In this document: one piece after another, positions 58,408-64,000 of the stretch
Layout: each line of letters starts with the position of its first letter
Numbering within the stretch: position 1 is the stretch's first letter
Assembly (NCBI GenBank): GCA_949295065.1
Contig: CASFJQ010000010.1
Span: 4,233 to 68,232 of the forward strand
Reading direction: 5' to 3'
Origin: an uncultured Parabacteroides sp.
GTDB taxonomy: Bacteria; Bacteroidota; Bacteroidia; Bacteroidales; Tannerellaceae
DNA: 64,000 nt
Notes under the pieces: model-generated
What the model was told of the DNA's origin: nothing
What the model saw: the letters and a program-made list of their open reading frames with translations, nothing else
Database searches by the model: none
Position numbers and translations under genes: made by a program

Positions 58408-61400
58408 TTATTTTAATCGGACATTTCCTCCAACAGACTCAATATATCCCTTATTTTTCAATACTTCCAAAGCTTTTCTGAAAGCAGAATCCACATTAGT
58501 ACCACGACGAGTAAATCCAAGTTTTTTTGCAGCAACCAACGTAAGGTTATCCTCATCAATCGCTAACTGCTCTGACAATGATTCAATAATTACATTCAAC
58601 AACTCAATCTGTGGAATATCTAAAATATCTCGTCCGGAATTTGGTCGGTACATCTTATAATTAAAACTATCTGATTCATTTAACCACAAAGCACCAGCAC
58701 TATCTTTATAAAATAAGGTCTCGTATAAGCTAAAAGTTCTTTGAAGAGTCGGGGTTACTCTTCCGCTTCCTCGTAAAGCACATACACGCCTACAAAGAAG
58801 CATAAAAGTTATTGGCTGTTCTACAGAAATAATATTTTGCATAAGAATCTTATCTTCCATCGTTATTGCTTCGACAACGTCGGTTGTATAGCAAACATAC
58901 TCTTGAGCGTTGGTAGAGATTTCTTCTAACTTTTCTTGTGAAATATCAAAAGGCTTTTCTAAGCATTCTTGCTTGATTTTTGTTTTTGAAGAGGAAGATA
59001 GACGTTCAATAATACGACTTATAACACGTTCCTTATTATTAAACCAATCCACACTCCAAACACGCATCACTTGCCAATTTAATGCAGAAAGAACAGAAGG
59101 TTGAACTACCTCGCAGTCACGTGTTGTATGAGTATCGCGATATCCCTCACCATCCAAAAGAATACCAAGACGATATATACCTGGTTCCTTTTCATCGCCA
59201 ATCGCTACATCGACCTTGAATTGTGAGCGACCAACATTTGTGGCTACTAAAAAACCTCTTTTCTCTAATTCATTAGCTATCTGTCTAGCTAATAAAGTAT
59301 CAGAATTATGAGTATGACGATGTAAAGAAGAAGGAAGGGTTTGAGTTTCGGCATATTGTAAAAAATGCTTCAATCCCTCCACACCGCGAGCTTTTGAACG
59401 TCGCAAATCAATATCCGACGAATGCAATGACGAAAAAACATACATTTCGTGACGTGCACGACTTACAGCTACGTTCAAACGGCGTTCTCCTCCAGAATTA
59501 TTTAACGGGCCAAAATTCATAGAAATCTTTCCTTCTTTATCTGGTCCATAACCAATAGAAAACAATATTATATCACGCTCATCCCCCTGAACATTTTCCA
59601 AATTCTTTACAAAAATGGGCTCATACATCTGTTGCACAGCATCCTGCAAAGTCTTGTCTTGATCTAATTGTTCTTGCAGTAAATCCTCTATAAGACTCTG
59701 CTGGACAACACTAAATGCAATCACACCAATACTTTTCTTTCGTAATTCTTCATCTCTCAGTCTACGAACAATCTCTTTCACAATCGCTTTTGCTTCTATC
59801 AAATTACAACGCTTTTTTCCTTTGTCATAATATCCCGAAACTGGAACATAATGTACTTTGGTCTGTTGATCATCAACAGAAGGGAAAGTTATAAGAGAAC
59901 CATCATAATATTCATTATTTGAAAAAGCAATCAGACTTTCATGGTGTGAACGGTAATGCCATGAAAGCTGCAAGGACGGAATCTCAAGAGTTCGGCAATC
60001 CTCAAGAATACTCTCCATATCATCTATGCAAGCTTCTTCAACATCTACATTCGTAGAAGAAAAGAAACTTGTTGGCGGCATCTGTTTAGGATCACCTACA
60101 ACAACTAAAGATTTTCCACGAGCTATAGCTCCAACAGCTTCACTCGTTGGCATTTGTGATGCTTCATCAAAGATTACCAAATCGAATTTATCCTGATCAA
60201 GATTAATATACTGAGCTACACTCATTGGACTCATAAGCATACACGGACACAAGCGTGGGAGTAAAGTCGGTATTTGGTCAAATAAATCGCGTAAAGATAA
60301 CCCACGCCCTCCGTTGCTAATATTGCGATTAAGCAAACCTATTTCACTACTGCTACTAGTATTATCGACAACACGAGGTACACGAGCTGCCAATCGAGCA
60401 TAAAGCTCCTTCTGTGTGAGTAATTGAAACTCATCAGTCATACGTTTATAGGCTGCTACTTTTTCATCAAAAAGCAAACCTTCAAATGTAGCCAAAATCT
60501 CAGATTTACGGATTTTCTCCTCTGCTTTATATCGGAACAAAGCCTTAAGATAAGCATTGCGTACAGAACTCGTATCCAGATTCTGTGTTTGCATAACTTT
60601 AACCACACAGCCTAATCCATGCGTTTTAAGTTCTTCGCAGAATTCAGACCAATGAAACCAGTCGCGCATCTGTGATGAATGCTCAGACCAGAGCTCCATT
60701 TTGCTTATGGTAGTTTCCATAATATTGTCATCAGGCATCTCATCTGCAGGTGTTTCTATATCAAAATATTGTTTCAATATTTGTCTGATTTGTTCTATTT
60801 CATTATGTTGTTTCCGATAAGTTGCAAGCTTATCTATCAATGGATCTATTTCTTGTTCTGTAATGTAAAGGTTGTACTGCTTCAAACGGTTAAGAAAACT
60901 GCGTTTAGCAAAAAAACGAGGTATAAACCATTTAGCTTTAATTTCACGCCAAGAAAGACGTAACTTCTCGACATCTTCATCAAATAAAGCCGCAGAGTTA
61001 TCACGTAATAACAGTTCATACAACTCCTTTGTATGGATTAATTCATGGTTCTTTGACTTCAGTTTCTTCATAACCTTTATTTTATCATTTAAGGCCGTAA
61101 CTGTTTCCCCATTATTCTGTAACATTTTCCGGTCTACACGGAATCCATTCAACGGATGAGATGATGGCTGTCCTACCAATTTGACAACTGTTTCAAAACG
61201 TGTTCCAAGCAAACTCTCTATTCCTTTTATTCCTTCTTTAGCGAGTATAGAATCCAACGAAGAATCAAAGCTGAAATTGTCCATCGGAGCAACAGCTATG
61301 GCTTCATATTGCAGAATACAGTCAAAGAGAGACAATCCATCTTTTTGCTCCTTTTCATGAAGAGCATTCATATAAGCTATAAGAGCTTTACGTTCTTCAA

Positions 61401-63708
61401 ATATTTTATCTGCCTGAGATTTAAAATTCTCAATTGATTGTATATGTGCCACATGAAGAGCTTTATCCAACTGTTGCAGTACATGTCGCTTTGTGGTCTT
61501 ATTAGAATGAAGTTCCAAGCAAAAAGGAGAAAGACCAATCTTAGTCAATCGATTTTGTACAACGCTGAGTGCAGCCATTTTTTCGGCAACAAAAAGGACA
61601 CGTTTACCCTGATAAAGAGCGTTTGCAATTAGATTTGTAATGGTTTGAGATTTTCCGGTTCCAGGAGGACCATATAGGATAAATGAGCGCCCTTTACCAG
61701 CTTCTATTACTGCTGCCATTTGTGAAGAATCTATAGGAACAGGCAACGCTGTTTCAACAGGTGAAACCAGCCTGTCAATATCTTTCATATTACCAGTAAT
61801 CAATTCTGGAATCCAAGTAAGTCTATTTTCGACTAGACTATTTACAATTTCATTCTTGCACATCTCTTCTCGGTGGCTGTGTACATCATTCCACATAAGG
61901 AATTTACTGAAAGAGAAAGTTCCAAGCAGACATTCTTCCTCTACATCCCATCGTTTTTGCTCTTTAAGAGCTTCACGTAAAACTGCAAAAATAAGAGGAA
62001 CATCAACGCCACTATCATCCTTTGGCAATGGCTCCAGTCCATTTACCTGAATACCATAATTTTGGTGAAGGAATTCCATTAGAGTTATGTTTAGTGAAAT
62101 ATCTTCATCTCTAGTGCGTATATAATATCCCCCTTTTTTATAGACCATTTCTATAGGAAGTAATAGTAAAGGTGCGTAACGTGGTGTTTCACTTTGCGGA
62201 GTCTCAAACCATCTAAGAGTACCAATTGTTAGAAATAATGAATTGGCTCCTGTTTCTTCAATGGTATTACGTGCTGCACGATATATATTCTTCAGCACAT
62301 CTTTTGTTTCATTTTCTGTCTGATAGGTATGTAGTATATGATGCTCTATATCACTACGGATGAGTTCATGCAATTCTTCGTGCAGCTTAGAACGAACCAA
62401 ACGCTCACTGGTATCCAACTGAAATTCAATATTCGGCTTTGCAACAATGCAATATTCTTCACCATCCTGAAGATGATCCTCTATACGGTCTATATCAAAT
62501 GAAATTAATTGTATAGCTTTACGGCGCAAATAAAGATTAAGCAAAGAATTGCGTAAAGAGAAGTCAAGCAATTTTCGTTCCCAAATATCAAACTTAGTAA
62601 GCTCCTTTTTTTTATCTACCATCTGACTTAGATCGTAACGATCATGCTCCTTTACCTCTAATACGCACTGTTCATGCTTCACACCATTATCATCAAATGT
62701 CCATGCACCATCAATCTGTACTCTAGCGGGTAAAGGGAAAATACGTTCCAAACGACTTCGCTTAATATCTATAAACATTTCAAATACACTATGGTCTGCC
62801 AAATTTTGTTCAGCAATCTTTACTGCAGTTTCAAATGATGCTGTTTCCTGAGCTACTTGAGTGCATTCTATAACCAACATTTCATCTATTCCTCGTGAAC
62901 ACATTTTCTCTATATAAGAGGCATCATCGCATACACTGCAGGAATAACAATCATCAACAAGCCATACTCCAAGATAAGCATGTCCTTTCTGAAGTACTAT
63001 AATACTATTAATACCAATTGCCTCTAATACCGAAGCCATAAGAAGAGTAAGTTCTATACAATTCCCAATTTTGGTAGCTATAACTTGATCAGGCATAGTA
63101 ATACGTTGGCCTATGTTCTCATAACTTGCAGGTACACTACGATAAACAATTCCTAGCTGATGAATAGCCGCAAAAACAGACGCAACCTGCAAACGAACAT
63201 CATTTGTGTTACCAGTCTGATAAGCTGCTAGTACAGAAGAACCTACCATTTGTTTTAAGGCTGCTGCAGACTTAGTCACCAGACTACTAATAGCTGGATG
63301 ATTGGGAGTCACGAATGAAACCAATGTTTGCGGCAAAATTGTAGTACCCAACCAATGATCATATGGCATTAGTTCTATTTCGTAATGCTCTTCTTCTATT
63401 ATTTCATCGTGGCTTGTTACAGTCAAAGTAAAATCTGTTATGATTCTTTCAGTTAATACTGCCAATTTCGACGATTCAGGTGAAATCTCAAATGAAACAA
63501 TTCGCACTGTTTCTCCTATATTAATCTGTCCAATTAAAACACTCTCATATTTTTTGATAAATTCCCCTTCACAGAACACTTTTATATTATTCAAAGGCTG
63601 ATCAGAAATATTTTCTACATTAATAGACTGACAAACAGGTATTCTATTGTGAAATAAAGCATAATTGACTGTTTTAAGATAGTCTATATATATTTTAACA
63701 GGTTTCAT
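58408..63708 (-). CDS. DUF4011-containing SF1 (UPF1-like) helicase with N-terminal transglutaminase-like region and C-terminal Vsr-like/DUF3320-type region (Hhe-like defence candidate)
   Basis: GNCIEL..GHAYLGVW; WERKLLDFSLRNSLLN (DUF4011); GPPGTGKSQTI; FDEASQ; GDPKQMPP; HYRS; ENVQGDERD; RRLNVAVSRAR; RVWSVDW. Confidence 0.88.
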   Translation of the reverse strand: MKPVKIYIDYLKTVNYALFHNRIPVCQSINVENISDQPLNNIKVFCEGEFIKKYESVLIGQINIGETVRIVSFEISPESSKLAVLTERIITDFTLTVTSHDEIIEEEHYEIELMPYDHWLGTTILPQTLVSFVTPNHPAISSLVTKSAAALKQMVGSSVLAAYQTGNTNDVRLQVASVFAAIHQLGIVYRSVPASYENIGQRITMPDQVIATKIGNCIELTLLMASVLEAIGINSIIVLQKGHAYLGVWLVDDCYSCSVCDDASYIEKMCSRGIDEMLVIECTQVAQETASFETAVKIAEQNLADHSVFEMFIDIKRSRLERIFPLPARVQIDGAWTFDDNGVKHEQCVLEVKEHDRYDLSQMVDKKKELTKFDIWERKLLDFSLRNSLLNLYLRRKAIQLISFDIDRIEDHLQDGEEYCIVAKPNIEFQLDTSERLVRSKLHEELHELIRSDIEHHILHTYQTENETKDVLKNIYRAARNTIEETGANSLFLTIGTLRWFETPQSETPRYAPLLLLPIEMVYKKGGYYIRTRDEDISLNITLMEFLHQNYGIQVNGLEPLPKDDSGVDVPLIFAVLREALKEQKRWDVEEECLLGTFSFSKFLMWNDVHSHREEMCKNEIVNSLVENRLTWIPELITGNMKDIDRLVSPVETALPVPIDSSQMAAVIEAGKGRSFILYGPPGTGKSQTITNLIANALYQGKRVLFVAEKMAALSVVQNRLTKIGLSPFCLELHSNKTTKRHVLQQLDKALHVAHIQSIENFKSQADKIFEERKALIAYMNALHEKEQKDGLSLFDCILQYEAIAVAPMDNFSFDSSLDSILAKEGIKGIESLLGTRFETVVKLVGQPSSHPLNGFRVDRKMLQNNGETVTALNDKIKVMKKLKSKNHELIHTKELYELLLRDNSAALFDEDVEKLRLSWREIKAKWFIPRFFAKRSFLNRLKQYNLYITEQEIDPLIDKLATYRKQHNEIEQIRQILKQYFDIETPADEMPDDNIMETTISKMELWSEHSSQMRDWFHWSEFCEELKTHGLGCVVKVMQTQNLDTSSVRNAYLKALFRYKAEEKIRKSEILATFEGLLFDEKVAAYKRMTDEFQLLTQKELYARLAARVPRVVDNTSSSSEIGLLNRNISNGGRGLSLRDLFDQIPTLLPRLCPCMLMSPMSVAQYINLDQDKFDLVIFDEASQMPTSEAVGAIARGKSLVVVGDPKQMPPTSFFSSTNVDVEEACIDDMESILEDCRTLEIPSLQLSWHYRSHHESLIAFSNNEYYDGSLITFPSVDDQQTKVHYVPVSGYYDKGKKRCNLIEAKAIVKEIVRRLRDEELRKKSIGVIAFSVVQQSLIEDLLQEQLDQDKTLQDAVQQMYEPIFVKNLENVQGDERDIILFSIGYGPDKEGKISMNFGPLNNSGGERRLNVAVSRARHEMYVFSSLHSSDIDLRRSKARGVEGLKHFLQYAETQTLPSSLHRHTHNSDTLLARQIANELEKRGFLVATNVGRSQFKVDVAIGDEKEPGIYRLGILLDGEGYRDTHTTRDCEVVQPSVLSALNWQVMRVWSVDWFNNKERVISRIIERLSSSSKTKIKQECLEKPFDISQEKLEEISTNAQEYVCYTTDVVEAITMEDKILMQNIISVEQPITFMLLCRRVCALRGSGRVTPTLQRTFSLYETLFYKDSAGALWLNESDSFNYKMYRPNSGRDILDIPQIELLNVIIESLSEQLAIDEDNLTLVAAKKLGFTRRGTNVDSAFRKALEVLKNKGYIESVGGNVRLK

Positions 63709-64000
63709 TGTATATACTTATGTTTTTTTAAATAATGGAACTAATATAATTCCCAATTTTCACCTACAGTATTTTACATAATAGGACTATAGAATATTAT
63801 ATTTCCAAACTATTACATTGATTTTTTTTACGATTTAAATATCGTAAATTTTATTAGTTTATGCAATTTTTACATTAAAAAATTACTTCTCATAAATAAT
63901 TGTATTATGTATCAAAATGTCACTAAAATATCGAAATTTTATAATTTATATCAACTAATCATTAATTAAATATATACAATTAAACAAGAGAATTATTCTT

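Noticed and set aside
63880-63920. Second dif-like sequence (AAATAA-TTGTA-TTATGTATCAA)
   Set aside because: Wrong spacer length and poor arms; expected by chance in AT-rich DNA

Overview
A 64-kb stretch of a Bacteroidales chromosome (Parabacteroides/Tannerellaceae-like gene content, TAnnTTTG -7 promoter boxes). It appears to span the replication terminus: a 28-bp dif (XerC/XerD) site lies at 28257-28284, and 24 of the 28 genes called to its right point toward it. Most genes are housekeeping (exonuclease, coaBC, recN, purT, serB, pyrK/pyrD, holA, amn, nhaA, uvrA, metA, mfd). Accessory blocks: (1) a MarR plus four-domain CoA-disulfide/persulfide reductase unit with a shared palindromic operator; (2) a minus-strand run of exported proteins (Tat-lipoprotein TldD + PmbA, choloylglycine hydrolase bracketed by REP-like arrays, Tat DUF362 protein, polyferredoxin); (3) an NrtR-controlled double-domain ADP-ribosylglycohydrolase followed by a nuclease-like remnant; (4) a collapsed czc-type efflux operon whose adaptor gene is fused in frame to half of a response regulator; (5) an AT-rich defence-type island (ABC ATPase + PD-(D/E)XK-like protein, HEPN remnant, 1766-aa DUF4011 SF1 helicase). 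Non-coding features include a candidate preQ1-I riboswitch before a queuosine-precursor transporter, an AT-rich TGTAAAC array upstream of an XRE regulator about 6 kb from dif, and several dispersed repeat families. No rRNA, tRNA, CRISPR array, transposase or integrase was seen. All calls come from reading motifs by eye; no searches were run.
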